A stretch of 64,000 nucleotides of DNA. Origin: Macrostomum lignano (lineage: Eukaryota). Numbering within the stretch: the first letter of the stretch is position 1; every line of letters begins with the position of its first letter. Positions 48,501 through 60,805 of this stretch are shown here, piece after piece. Both the position numbers and the translations under genes were made by a program. Under the pieces are notes generated by a model. That model saw only the letters and a list, made by a program, of their open reading frames with translations. It made no database searches and was not told where the DNA came from. The DNA is taken from assembly GCA_002269645.1 (NCBI GenBank), contig NIVC01000629.1:310001-374000 (forward strand), in the 5' to 3' direction.

Positions 48501-51243
48501 GTGGCCTATGTGGTCTGGTGAGTGTGTGACCCATGTGGTCTGGTGAGTGTTTGACCCATGTGGTCTGGTGAGTGTGAGACCCATGTGGTCTGGTGAGTGT
48601 GTGACCCCTGGTTAGTGTGTGACCCATGTGGTCTCGTGAGTGTGTGACCCCTGGTTAGTGTGTGAGTGACCCATGTGGTCTGGTGAGTGTGTGACCCATG
48701 TGGTCTGGTGAGTGTGTGACCCATGTGGTCTGGTGAGTGTGTGGCCTATGTGGTCTGGTGAGTGTGTGACCCATGTGGTCTGGTGAGTGTTTGACCCATG
48801 TGGTCTGGTGAGTGTGAGACCCATGTGGTCTGGTGAGTGTGTGACCCCTGGTTAGTGTGTGACCCATGTGGTCTCGTGAGTGTGTGACCCCTGGTTAGTG
48901 TGTGAGTGACCCATGTGGTCTGGTGAGTGTGTGACCCCTGGTGAGTGTGAGACCCATGTGGTCTGGTGAGTGTCACCCCTGGTGAGTGTGAGACCCATGT
49001 GGTCTGGTGAGTGTGTGACCCATGTGGTCTGGTGAGTGTGTGGCCTATGTGGTCTGGTGAGTGAGTGACCCATGTGGTCTGGTGAGTGTGTGACCCATGT
49101 GGTCTGGTGAGTGTGTGACCCATGTGGTCTGGTGAGTGTGTGGCCTATGTGGTCTGGTGAGTGAGTGACCCATGTGGTCTGGTGAGTGTGTGACCCATGT
49201 GGTCTGGTGAGTGTGTGACCCATGTGGTCTGGTGAGTGTGTGACCCCTGGTGAGTGTGAGACCCATGTGGTCTGGTGAGTGTGTGACCCCTGATGAGTGT
49301 GAGAACCATGTGGTCTGGTGAGTGTGAGACCCATGTGGTCTGGTGAGTGTGCGACCCATGTGGTCTGGTGAGTGTGTGGCCTATGTGGTCTGGTGAGTGT
49401 GTGGCCTATGTGGTCTGGTGAGTGTGTGGCCTATGTGGTCTGGTGAGTGTGTGGCCTATGTGGTCTGGTGAGTGTGTGGCCCCTGGTGAGTGTGTGACCC
49501 ATGTGGTCTGGTGAGTGTGTGACCCATGTGGTCTGGTGAGTGTGTGACCCATGTGGTCTGGTGAGTGTGTGGCCTATGTGGTTTGGTGAGTGTGTGACCC
49601 ATGTGGTCTGGTGAGTGTGTGACCCATGTGGTCTGGTGAGTGTGTGACCCTTGTGGTCTGGTGAGTTTGTGACCCATGTGGTCTGGTGAGTGTGTGACCC
49701 ATGTGGTCTGGTGAGTGTGTGACCCATGTGGTCTGGTGAGTGTGTGGCCTATGTGGTCTGGTGAGTGTGTGACCCATGTGGTCTGGTGAGTGTGTGACCC
49801 ATGTGGTCTGGTGAGTGTGTGACCCTTGTGGTCTGGTGAGTGTGTGACCCATGTGGTCTGGTGAGTGAGTGACCTATGTGGTCTGGTGAGTGTGTGACCC
49901 ATGTGGTCTGGTGAGTGAGTGACCCATGTGGTCTGGTGAGTGTGTGACCCATGTGGTCTGGTGAGTGAGTGACATATGTGGTCTGGTGAGTGTGTGACCC
50001 CTGGTGAGTGTGTGACCCATGTGGTCTGGTGAGTGTGTGACCCCTGGTTAGTGTGTGAGTGACCCATGTGGTCTGGTGAGTGTGTGACCCCTGTGGTCTG
50101 GTGAGTGTGCGACCCATGTGGTCTGGTGAGTGTGTGAACCATGTGGTCTGGTGAGTGTGTGACCCATGTGGTCTGGTGAGTGTGTGACCCCTGGTGAGTG
50201 TGTGACCCCTGGTGAGTGTGAGACCCATGTGGTCTGGTGAGTGTGTGACCCCTGGTGAGTGTGAGACCCATGTGGTCTGGTGAGTGTGTGACCCCTGGTG
50301 AGTGTGAGACCCATGTGGTCTGGTCAGTGTGTGACCCTTGGTGAGTGTGAGACCCATGTGGTCTGGTGAGTGTGCGACCCATGTGGTCTGGTGAGTGTGT
50401 GGCCTATGTGGTCTGGTGAGTGTGTGGCCTATGTGGTCTGGTGAGTGTGTGGCCCCTGGTGAGTGTGTGACCCATGTGGTCTGGTGAGTGTGTGACCCAT
50501 GTGGTCTGGTGAGTGTGTGACCCATGTGGTCTGGTGAGTGTGAGACCCATGTGGTCTGGTGAGTGTGTGACCCCTGGTTAGTGTGTGACCCATGTGGTCT
50601 CGTGAGTGTGTGACCCCTGGTTAGTGTGTGAGTGACCCATGTGGTCTGGTGAGTGTGTGACCCATGTGGTCTGGTGAGTGTGTGACCCATGTGGTCTGGT
50701 GAGTGTGTGACCCATGTGGTCTGGTGAGTGTGTGGCCTATGTGGTCTGGTGAGTGAGTGACCCATGTGGTCTGGTGAGTGTGTGACCCATGTGGTCTGGT
50801 GAGTGTGTGACCCATGTGGTCTGGTGAGTGTGTGGCCTATGTGGTCTGGTGAGTGAGTGACCCATGTGGTCTGGTGAGTGTGTGACCCATGTGGTCTGGT
50901 GAGTGTGTGACCCATGTGGTCTGGTGAGTGTGTGACCCCTGGTGAGTGTGAGACCCATGTGGTCTGGTGAGTGTCACCCCTGGTGAGTGTGAGACCCATG
51001 TGGTCTGGTGAGTGTCACCCCTGGTGAGTGTGAGAACCATGTGGTCTGGTGAGTGTGTGACCCATGTGGTCTGGTGAGTGTGTGACCCCTGGTTAGTGTG
51101 TGACCCATGTGGTCTGGTGAGTGTGTGACCCATGTGGTCTGTTGAGTGTGTGACCCATGTGGTCTGGTGAGTGAGTGACCCATGTGGTCTGGTGAGTGAG
51201 TGACCCATGTGGTCTGGTGAGTGAGTGACCCATGTGGTCTGGT
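45575..51243. repeat. 5.7-kb satellite, 25-bp unit (CCCATGTGGTCTGGTGAGTGTGTGA) with shorter variants and higher-order duplications
   Basis: Roughly 230 units; source of all GHTLTRPHGSHTHQTT pseudo-ORFs. Confidence 0.97.
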
Positions 51244-51247
51244 CCGT

Positions 51248-51547
51248 GGCCTACTCAGCGCCTGATGCCCATGGCCTACTCAGTGCCTGATGCCCATGGC
51301 CTACTCAGTGCCTGATGCCCATGGCTTACTCAGTGTCTGATGCCCATGGCCTACTCAGTGCCTGATGCCCATGGCCTACTCAGTGCCTGATGCCCATGGC
51401 TTACTCAGTGCCTGATGCCCATGGCCTACTCAGTGCCTGATGCCCATGGCTTACTCAGTGTCTGATGCCCATGGCCTACTCAGTGCCTGATGCCCATGGC
51501 CTACTCAGTGCCTGATGCCCATGGCCTACTCAGTGCCTGATGCCCAT
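51248..51547. repeat. Minisatellite, 25-bp unit (GGCCTACTCAGTGCCTGATGCCCAT), about 12 copies
   Basis: Abuts the 5.7-kb satellite. Confidence 0.95.
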
Positions 51548-52289
51548 GACAGTGTTTGATGTCAAATGAAAATTCGCAATCAGACAACAGCAACCCGAAT
51601 CCGAGTTTCATTTATGGTTCCGAAGGGAAGGAAAAGTGCTGTAGACAAAAATTGCATTATAAATTTATTAATATAGTAAAGTGAACATAAAAATGACAAA
51701 GTTGAACGCATAAAACACACACTTAGACAACAGTCGCACAGTATAAGCTGAGTTAGTATCAAATAGTTAACAAAAGCAATTGGAAAGAGCTGATGCTCAG
51801 TATAAACTGTGTCATGTGTAAGCTTTTTTATTGTGCCTCAGGAAAGAAAAACTCGAAACAGAAGAAGACTATGCCAAAAAAAGAAATCAAGCTAATCGCA
51901 AACTACTGTCAGTAGCCTATTGCACAATATTTCCGTGAATTGTTGTAAATAATAGCAGAGTATTAAATTGAAAAATTAAGACTAATAAAGCTAAGAAACA
52001 GAGCTATGCATGTGTATAATACAGGGACAGATTAAGCAATACCTATATAACTGCATAGCAAAAGGATTGAATCCAATCATAAGCGAGAGAGACAGACAGT
52101 CTATCCTATCTGTAATTACAGCATATTGTGGAGTAGGACAGGTCAAAACAGGGAAGGCCTGAGTCAAAACAACAAAAATCAATAGATAACTTGATTATTA
52201 GTATAATTAACAGCAGTTAAAGACAGTTTGACATGTCAAAAACGATTTTGAGTGGCAATGCCACGCCAAGTGAAAGTGAGAGAGGCCTT

Positions 52290-53250
52290 TGTCAGGGTCA
52301 CTATCAGAGGGGGGCAATGTCAGGGGGCAATGTCAGGAGGGGGCAATGTCAGGAGGGGGCAATGTCAGGGTCACTATCAGAGGGGGCAATGTCAGGAGGA
52401 GGCAATGTCAGGAGGGGGCAATGTCAGGAGGACGCACTGTCAGGGGGCAATGCAAGGAGGGGGCAATGTCAGGGTCACTATCAGAGGGGGCAATGTCAGG
52501 AGGAGGCAATGTCAGGAGGGGGCAATGTCAGGAGGGGGCACTGTCAGGGGGCAATGCAAGGAGGGGGCAATGTCAGGAGGGGCAATGTCAGGAGGGGGCA
52601 ATGTCAGGAGGGGGCAATGTCAGGGTCACTATCAGAGGGGGCAATGTCAGGAGGAGGCAATGTCAGGAGGGGGCAATGTCAGGAGGGGGCACTGTCAGGG
52701 GCAATGCCAGGAGGGGCAATGCAAGGAGGGGGCAATGTCAGGGTCAATATCAGAGGGGGCAATGTCAGGGTCACTATCAGAGGGGGGCAATGTCAGGGTC
52801 ACTATCAGAGGGGGGCAATGTCAGGGTCACTATCAGAGGGGGCAATGTCAGGAGGGGGCAATGTCAGGAGGGGGCACTGTCAGGGGCAATGCCAGGAGGG
52901 GCAATGCAAGGAGGGGGCAATGTCAGGGTCAATATCAGAGGGGGCAATGTCAGGGTCACTATCAGAGGGGGGCAATGTCAGGGTCACTATCAGAGGGGGG
53001 CAATGTCAGGGTCACTATCAGAGGGGGCAATGTCAGGAGGGGGCAATGTCAGGAGGGGGCACTGTCAGGGGCAATGCAAGGAGGAGGCAATGCAAGGAGG
53101 GGGCAATGTCAGGAGGGGGCAATGTCAGGAGGGGGCAATGTCAGGAGGGGGCACTGTCAGGGGCAATGCAAGGAGGGGGCAATGCAAGGAGGGGGCAATG
53201 TCAGGAGGAGGGGGCAATGTCAGGAGGGGGCACTGTCAGGGGCAATGCCA
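52290..53250. repeat. G-rich composite array (GGAGGGGGCAATGTCA / GGGTCACTATCAGAGGGGGCAATGTCA)
   Basis: Starts within a few nt of the NOSTRIN-like stop codon. Confidence 0.95.
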
Positions 53251-53251
53251 A

Positions 53252-54064
53252 TCAGAAGTCCTCGGCATAGGAGCCGGGAAAGATGCCCCTGTTGCCGGCG
53301 GAGTCCTCGCCGAGCCACCAGCCGTCGGCGCACTTCTCCAGCACGCTGACGACGTCGCCCTCGCGCAGGCTGAGCTCGTCATCGCCTGTGGCTGGATAGT
53401 CGAACAGGGCGCGGGCCCAGCCGCAAACTCGAACAGCTGCGTCCGCTGCATCAACCGACTCAGCTTCAGCTGCCGATTCTGACTCCGGCTCCTCAGCCGT
53501 GGTGCTCAGCTGAGTCGGGTGCGGGGGCGGCAGCGGAGCGCGCTGGCGCCGGGCGGAGGTCGGTGGCGCGGTGTCCGAAGCTTGGCACTGCGGCAAGTCC
53601 AGCTGTGCGTAGGTCGGATCGTCCAGATCGTCAGCGCTGTCGGTCAGGTGTCGGCCATTCAACAGTCCGCCGGATGCGGCCTCTCGACTGACATCGTCAG
53701 CACCGTAGTCGCGAAGGTCCGGCAGAGCGGCCGCGCCGGCGGAGGCGGCCGTGGCGTGGCCGGCTGCAGTGGAGGAGTTGTTGGAAGAATCAGCTGACTG
53801 AGCAGAGGAGGCGCGGCGCAGGGCTGGCGCCAGCCGGAGCACCGTCTGCGGCATGCCCAGGCGGTCCTTGCTGCGCTCCAGACAGTGCGCCAGGCTGAAC
53901 ACCGGCCTGCAGGGCGGCGGCGACCCGGCCAGGGCGTGCAGCGCCAGCTCCTGCTTGTAGCGGGAGGCCTCCAGGAACAGCAGGGTGGAGCTGATGCTGG
54001 CCAGCTTGGAGGCGGCCTCGTGCTGCGATGCTGCCTCGGCGAAGCCCGGACTGCTGCTGTACAC
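53252..54064 (-). CDS. NOSTRIN: NOSTRIN-like F-BAR protein, exon 6 (HR1 C-terminal half, linker, SH3, stop TGA 53252-53254)
   Basis: ARALFDYPATGDDELSLREGDVVSVLEKCADGWWLGEDSAGNRGIFPGSY is a canonical SH3; acceptor at 54065-54066, phase 0. Confidence 0.92.
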   Translation of the reverse strand: MYSSSPGFAEAASQHEAASKLASISSTLLFLEASRYKQELALHALAGSPPPCRPVFSLAHCLERSKDRLGMPQTVLRLAPALRRASSAQSADSSNNSSTAAGHATAASAGAAALPDLRDYGADDVSREAASGGLLNGRHLTDSADDLDDPTYAQLDLPQCQASDTAPPTSARRQRAPLPPPHPTQLSTTAEEPESESAAEAESVDAADAAVRVCGWARALFDYPATGDDELSLREGDVVSVLEKCADGWWLGEDSAGNRGIFPGSYAEDF

Positions 54065-54339
54065 CTGCGGAGAGTGGCGCCGGGTTGATTATAGTAGTAA
54101 TTCGCTTTAATGGCTACTTCCAGTAGGAAAATGCCAGCAAAAATTAAGAAAGCCAGTCACATATTCAAATTAGTGTATCGCCAGCCACAGATATTATCGA
54201 TTCACATTAATTTTGATGAAAAGCCATTGATATTATCGTTTTACGTTAATATTAAAAGCATTAATATTACCTATTTACTTTAACTTGGATAGAACCATCA
54301 ATATCAGTGTTTTAGTTGTCCCTGACCATTAATATTATA

Positions 54340-54930
54340 ACTTTATTATCAATATTATCAATTTACGTTAACTTTGATAAATCCATTAATATTATCGATT
54401 TACGTTAACTTTGATAAAACCATTAATATTATCGATTTACGTTAACTTTGATAAAACCATTAATATTATCGATTTACGCTAACTTTGATAAAACCATTAA
54501 TATTATCGATTTACGCTAACTTTGATAAAACCATTAATATTATCGATTTACGCTAACTTTGATAAAACCATTAATATTATCGATTTACGTTAACTTTGAT
54601 AAAACCATTAATATTATCGATTTACGTTAACTTTGATAAAACCATTAATATTATCGATTTACGCTAACTTTGATAAAACCATTAATATTATCGATTTACG
54701 CTAACTTTGATAAAACCATTAATATTATCGATTTACGTTAACTTTGATAAAACCATTAATATTATCGATTTACGTTAACTCTGATAAAACCATTAATATT
54801 ATCGATTTACGCTAACTCTGATAAAACCATTAATATTATCGATTTACGTTAACTTTGATAAAAACATTAATATTATCGATTTACGTTAACTTTGATAAAA
54901 CCATTAATATTATCGATTTACGTTAACTTC
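54340..54930. repeat. Intronic AT-rich minisatellite, 37-bp unit (TTATCGATTTACGTTAACTTTGATAAAACCATTAATA)
   Basis: About 15 copies. Confidence 0.95.
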
Positions 54931-55001
54931 AAAAGCAACCAAGATAAACAATAGAATCGATAAAAAATAACACAATAAATATCGAAAGCAGACCCGCTCA
55001 C

Positions 55002-55358
55002 CTGAATCAACTTTTCCACTCCCTCTCTGCCCTTAATCTCCCGCTCAATGTCAGCGCAGATCATGGCAGTGTAGGACCTCAGCGCGGTCTCCCTGCGGCA
55101 GCGGTCCATCGGATTATTTAAATCTTCGGCGTAGCTCTCGAACAGCAGCTGCTCGCTGGCCTGCAGCAGGGCGCCGCGCTGCTCAACCACGGTGCCAATG
55201 TCAGCCTCGATGTCTGCGCCCGAGAGGCAGCGGTGCAGTCGGCCGCTGAGCTGGGCGTAGGCCGGCGCCAGCTGGTCCACCCGGCGCTGGTAGCGCTCCA
55301 GCATCTCGTGCGTCTGGCGCAGTCGGTCAGTTTCCAGAGCCTGCAGCTGCTCCGAGCC
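55002..55358 (-). CDS. NOSTRIN: NOSTRIN-like exon 5 (F-BAR end, HR1 start)
   Basis: GSEQLQALETDRL...EQLLFESYAEDLNNPMDRCRRETAL...DIEREIKGREGVEKLIQ; acceptor 55359-55360, donor CAG|GTGAGC; 357 nt. Confidence 0.9.
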
Positions 55359-55529
55359 CTGGGGGGGGGGAAATGGGGATATTTGGCGTCCACTGACTTT
55401 TCTTCAGTTGATTTAACACCTAACATTTCTAACATTTCTAAGGGGATCGTCACATGAACCTAGCGTGATCTGCAGATAGTCAAATTATCCTTGAGATCTC
55501 CAGACTCTTGATGATTCTATTAAATTGTA

Positions 55530-55960
55530 AGTGGTCACGTGACGTGTCGATTTAATTGTAATTAAAAGTGGTCACGTGACCCCTGTTGATTCGACTCGAC
55601 TTCTAAAAGTGGTCACGTGACCCCTGTTGATTCAATTCAATTTCTTAAAGTGGTCACGTGACCCCTGTCGATTCGATTCTATTTCTTAAAGTGGTTACGT
55701 GACCCCTGTCGATTCGATTCCATTCAATTTCTAAAAGTGATCACGTGACCCCTGTTGATTCGATTCCATTCAATTTCTAAAAGTGGTCACGTGACCCCTG
55801 TTGATTCGATTCCATTCAATTTCTAAAAGTGATCACGTGACCCCTGTTGATTCGATTCCATTCAATTTCTAAAAGTGGTCACGTGACCCCTGTCGATTCG
55901 ATCCCATTCAATTTCTAAAAGTGGTTACGTGACCCCTGTCAATTCAGTTTCTAAAGGTCA
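55530..55960. repeat. Intronic 40-46-bp array carrying the palindrome GTCACGTGAC
   Basis: About 10 units; perfect palindrome e.g. at 55534, 55571, 55612, 55653. Confidence 0.93.
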
Positions 55961-56136
55961 TGTGACCTTAATTGGTTCGTTTTGCAACGGGGTCGCGTGA
56001 CCCATTTAAATTTTGATTCTCCAAGGTCACTTGACTAATCTAGATTGGATTTATTTTAAGGGTCACACAGCTCTATGCAAACGGCCCCCATAAAAAACCA
56101 AGGCACGCAGGTAAGTATAAATAAGTCTCGGCTCAC

Positions 56137-56253
56137 CTTAGCAACGGTGCTCTCCCAGTCGAGTCTGGCCAGCTCGGCTCGCAGACAGGCGTCATAATAA
56201 TCCTTGTCGCATTTGGACATGCTCGCCTGGCATGCGCGACACTTCTTCTCTTG
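56137..56253 (-). CDS. NOSTRIN: NOSTRIN-like exon 4
   Basis: QEKKCRACQASMSKCDKDYYDACLRAELARLDWESTVAK; 117 nt, phase 0/0. Confidence 0.88.
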
Positions 56254-56295
56254 CTGTACGGATTGGGCGACATAGGGATTTAGCATTGGCAACAT

Positions 56296-56690
56296 CGGTT
56301 TTGGAATCGGGATCAGGGGATTTAGAATCGGGATCAGGGGATTTAGAATCGGGATCTGGGGATTTATAATCGGGATCTGGGGATTTAGAATCGGGATCTG
56401 GGAATTTAGAATCGGGATCAGGGGATTTAGAATCGGGATCGGGGGATTTAGAATCGGGATCGGGGGATTTAGAATCGGGATCAGAGGATTTAGAATCGGG
56501 ATCAGGGGATTTAGAATCGGGATCGGGGGATTTAGAATCGGGATCAGGGGGTTTAGAATCGGGATCTGGGGATTTAGAATCGGGATCAGGGGGTTTAGAA
56601 TCGGGATCTGGGGATTTAGAATCGGGATCAGGGGATTTAGAATCGGGATCAGGGGATTTAGAATCGGGATCAGGGGATTTAGAATCGGGA
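56296..56690. repeat. Intronic minisatellite, 21-bp unit (GGGATCAGGGGATTTAGAATC)
   Basis: About 18 copies. Confidence 0.95.
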
Positions 56691-56719
56691 TGGGACAATG
56701 GAATTACAGATCAACCAAC

Positions 56720-57068
56720 CTTAGATGCGTCCTTATCAGCCTTGGCGTCCCCGTTGCTGCTGCCTCCGCCGCCGCTTCCTTTCTTGCCAATCTGTGCATC
56801 CGACAAAGAGTCCCAAGCCTTCTCGGCCTCCTTAGCCGAACAGTAGGCCTTCTTCTTCGCCGTAGCCTCCTCCGCCCTCTTCTCCAACAGGGTCCGGATG
56901 GATTTCTCCACCTGCACTTCGATGGGCTTGCGCGACTTGTGAAACGATTCATTTAGCTCTCGCATTGGCTTGGTGACCTCGTCTGACAAGTTGGCGGCGA
57001 ATTCCTGCCGGATCTCCGCCTCGCGCTTGATCGACTCGCCGATGGAGCCCCAGGATGCGGCCACGGTG
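56720..57068 (-). CDS. NOSTRIN: NOSTRIN-like exon 3 (F-BAR core)
   Basis: TVAASWGSIGESIKREAEIRQEFAANLSDEVTKPMREL...; acceptor 57069-57070 phase 2, donor AAG|GTTGGT. Confidence 0.9.
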
Positions 57069-57114
57069 CTGCGGGAATTGCGGTCGATTCCATTTTGTTA
57101 GAATGCTTGGAATT

Positions 57115-57390
57115 TTGACATGGATTACATGATCCTGAACATGGATTACATGATCCTGAACATGGATTACATGATCCTGAACATGGATTACATGATCCTG
57201 AACATGGATTACATGATCCTAAACATAGATTACATGATCCTGAACATGGATTACATGATCCTGAACATGGATTACATGATCTTGAATAGGGATTACATGA
57301 GTTTGAATAGGGATTACATGAGTTTGAATATGGATCACATGATTCTGAATCGGGGATTAAATGATTCTGAATCTTGGTGTACATGATCTG
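57115..57390. repeat. Intronic minisatellite, 21-bp unit (GGATTACATGATCCTGAACAT)
   Basis: About 12 copies. Confidence 0.93.
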
Positions 57391-57969
57391 GAATCCGGAT
57401 GAAATGATAAACATGATGCAGTCTCTCGAATTAAATCAAATTAACAGCATCAAAATGCAAAAGCCCCATCAATAAGGCTGGTTTCACACAGACAGACTTA
57501 CAGCAATTACAGACGCAGTTTCTAGGGAAAATTTATGCAGGAGTTGGGATCTTGCTCTAGGTCTGCACAGGGCGGCGCACAGGGAAGTGCAAGAAGCAAC
57601 TAATCAATCGATAGGCTCGCTGCACTCCCGCCAGCCTCTTCCTTCTGCCCTCGCGCCATTTCGTCCCTCATCAGGAGCGAGCATACTAAACCCTCTACTA
57701 ATATATATTACACTATTATATATTATATACTCAAGTTCGGTCCGAAACTCTTCATCGCAGATGCCAGAGGGAAGAAGCAGATGAGCTGGACTTTAAAGCA
57801 ATCAAAATAAGCCGCTATCTGCCTGCGCATTCCCTATTAGGTTGCAGCAGCCTCCGCAGCTCCATCTCATTTAAGAGACCGATTCGGACTAAGCTATGGA
57901 ACACAATCTATAAGACTAAGACGAAGAAAACTGTAGCAAGGAAATAGAGGTGAGATAAAGGAGTAAAGA

Positions 57970-58735
57970 TAAAGAGAAGGGAGAAGGGAGAGAGGGAAGG
58001 GAGAAGGAAGGGAGAAGGGAGAAGGGAGAAGGGAGAAGGCAAAGGAGAAGGGAAGGGAGAAGGGAGAAGGGAAGGGAGAAGGGAGAAGGCAAAGGAGAAG
58101 GGAAGGGAGAAGGGAGAAGGGAAGGGAGAAGAGAGAAGGCAAGGGAGAAGGGAAGGGAGAAGGGAGAAGGCAAGGGAGAAGGGAAGGGAGAAGGGAGAAG
58201 GCAAAGGAGAAGGGAAGGGAGAAGGGAGAAGGGAAGAGAGAAGAGAGAAGGCAAGGGAGAAGGGAAGGGAGAAGGGAGAAGGCAAGGGAGAAGGGAAGGG
58301 AGAAGGGAGAAGGCAAAGGAGAAGGGAAGGGAGAAGGGAGAAGGGAAGAGAGAAGAGAGAAGGCAAGGGAGAAGGGAAGGGAGAAGGGAGAAGGCAAGGG
58401 AGAAGGGAAGGGAGAAGGGAGAAGGCAAAGGAGAAGGGAAGGGAGAAGGGAGAAGGGAAGAGAGAAGAGAGAAGGCAAAGGAGAAGGGAAGGGAGAAGGG
58501 AGAAGGGAAGGGAGAAGAGAGAAGGCAAGGGAGAAGGGAAGGGAGAAGGGAGAAGGCAAGGGAGAAGGGAAGGGAGAAGGGAGAAGGCAAAGGAGAAGGG
58601 AAGGGAGAAGGGAGAAGGGAAGAGAGAAGGCAAGGGAGAAGGGAAGGGAGAAGGGAGAAGGCAAGGGAGAAGGGAAGGGAGAAGGGAGAAGGCAAAGGAG
58701 AAGGGAAGGGAGAAGGGAGAAGAGAAGGAAGAAAG
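57970..58735. repeat. Intronic polypurine array (GGGAGAAGGGAA variants)
   Basis: About 760 bp, almost purely A/G. Confidence 0.95.
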
Positions 58736-58816
58736 GGAGAAAAACCAAAAGCCAAGAAGCTTCAGAGACCAGAGCATACAAGCATGCCACTCTGTCACAC
58801 ATTAAATGCGGCTCAC

Positions 58817-58983
58817 CCAGCGCAGGTTGCAGCCACCTTGGCCATTCGCTGGCTAATTTTAACCAGACTCCGCGCATAGTGGTGCTCCAGTTCGCACCTC
58901 TCAACCAGGATGGCCGAGAGCTCCTTGCACAGGTCATTGCCCTGCTTGATGTAGCGCTTCAGCTCGTCAAAGCCGTTCGTGCC
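58817..58983 (-). CDS. NOSTRIN: NOSTRIN-like exon 2 (FCH domain)
   Basis: GTNGFDELKRYIKQGNDLCKELSAILVERCELEHHYARSL; acceptor 58984-58985, donor GG|GTGAGC; 167 nt. Missed by the ORF track in this frame. Confidence 0.92.
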
Positions 58984-59059
58984 CTGCAGTTGAGGATGAG
59001 TCGGCTCTCAAGGAGATTCTCGGATACTGGGCAATTGGATCTCTACCTGTCCTAAACTA

Positions 59060-59270
59060 TGCTATGTCAAATCTCAAAATCTCACTCTTGATTGTATCAA
59101 ATCTCTAAATCTCACTATTGATTGTATCAAATCTCAAAATCTCACTCTTTAACTGTGTCAAATCTCAAAATCTCACTCTTGACTGTGTCAAATCTCAAAA
59201 TCTCACTCTTGACTGTGTCAAATCTCAAAATCTCACTCTTGACTGTATCAAATCTCAAAATCTCATTCTT
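59060..59270. repeat. Intronic minisatellite, 30-bp unit (TCAAATCTCAAAATCTCACTCTTGACTGTG)
   Basis: About 6 copies; shares CAAAATCTCACT with the 790-1435 array. Confidence 0.9.
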
Positions 59271-60164
59271 GGCTATACCGAATATGCCCAATATCGAAAT
59301 CAAGCTGACAATCCGCACTATTTATTGCAAATCTACCAAATGGACAAGGACAATAAACTGCATACTATTTCTGTACAAGAATTTCCCGCTATAACTCCAC
59401 AGCAAACCAATATATAGGTAAAACAGAAGTCTGCAAATAAAAAGCTTTATGACTCAGGGCGACATTTCCATATCTCTGCCAGACGCCCCGTCTATCCGCT
59501 AACCGCTTGTGTTGCATTTCCTAAGAAGACCTACAAAATGCAAATAAGCCGATGTGGTATTTAAGCATTACTAAGCAGTGTCTTAACTATTCTCCCCCTT
59601 TCTCTAATCCCAACGCTGACGGGCCAGGACCTTCTTTTGCTTTCAACTTTGCTGGCTAAAAATAGACTGATGCACCTGATACTGACGCACGATTGGCAGA
59701 GATGCCTGACTGGCTCCCGTTTAAAGCATTTAAAGCAGTTCCTACGGGGGTCGGCAAGCTCTATCTCTATCCAGCCCTGTTGAAGGCTTGTGTCTCTTCT
59801 CAGATCTAGTCTCTAGTATTTAGTCTCTCCTCTCTTCCATCTCCTCTCACCCCTCATCTAGCAAGATTCTCTAATCTTCAAGCCAATGCGGGCAACTGAA
59901 GCTTTTGAATTATAAAATACAAGCACGCTCTTTTTTAATTAAGTTGGTTGTTCTATAACCACCGATATGAAATCTTATGCATTATAATGTATATAACTGC
60001 CGATCGCTCGCTTCACTGAACGCACAGTCTAAAAACGAATCGGTTTGCTTTCCTTAATCGATTTTTCGCCCCAGCGCAGAGTGGAGGGGAGACTGCAAGC
60101 AATCGGCCGGGGAAATCCTTTTAAAGTGCAAAGCAGTTGCATGTTGTGGCATCCAATGTATTGT

Positions 60165-60226
60165 GTCTATCTACCTACCTACCTACCAACCTAACTACCT
60201 ATACCTATCTATCCATCTATCTATCC

Positions 60227-60317
<91 letters not shown>

Positions 60318-60367
60318 CTATCTATCTACATATCTATCCATCTATCTATCTATCTACATATCTATCC

Positions 60368-60428
<61 letters not shown>

Positions 60429-60434
60429 GCTATC

Positions 60435-60499
<65 letters not shown>

Positions 60500-60509
60500 G
60501 CTAGCTATC

Positions 60510-60578
<69 letters not shown>

Positions 60579-60584
60579 GCTATC

Positions 60585-60681
<97 letters not shown>

Positions 60682-60688
60682 ATATATA

Positions 60689-60723
<35 letters not shown>

Positions 60724-60754
60724 ATATATATATCTATCTATCTATCTATCTATC

Positions 60755-60805
<51 letters not shown>

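Noticed and set aside
45414-51208. Dozens of His/Thr-rich ORFs (GHTLTRPHGSHTHQTT)
   Set aside because: Translations of a 25-bp non-triplet satellite in all frames; no unique coding sequence.
52233-53482. Gly/Gln/Cys-rich 345-397 aa ORFs on plus (silk- or adhesive-like)
   Set aside because: All three frames are open because the repeat lacks stops; they overlap the antisense of the SH3 exon.
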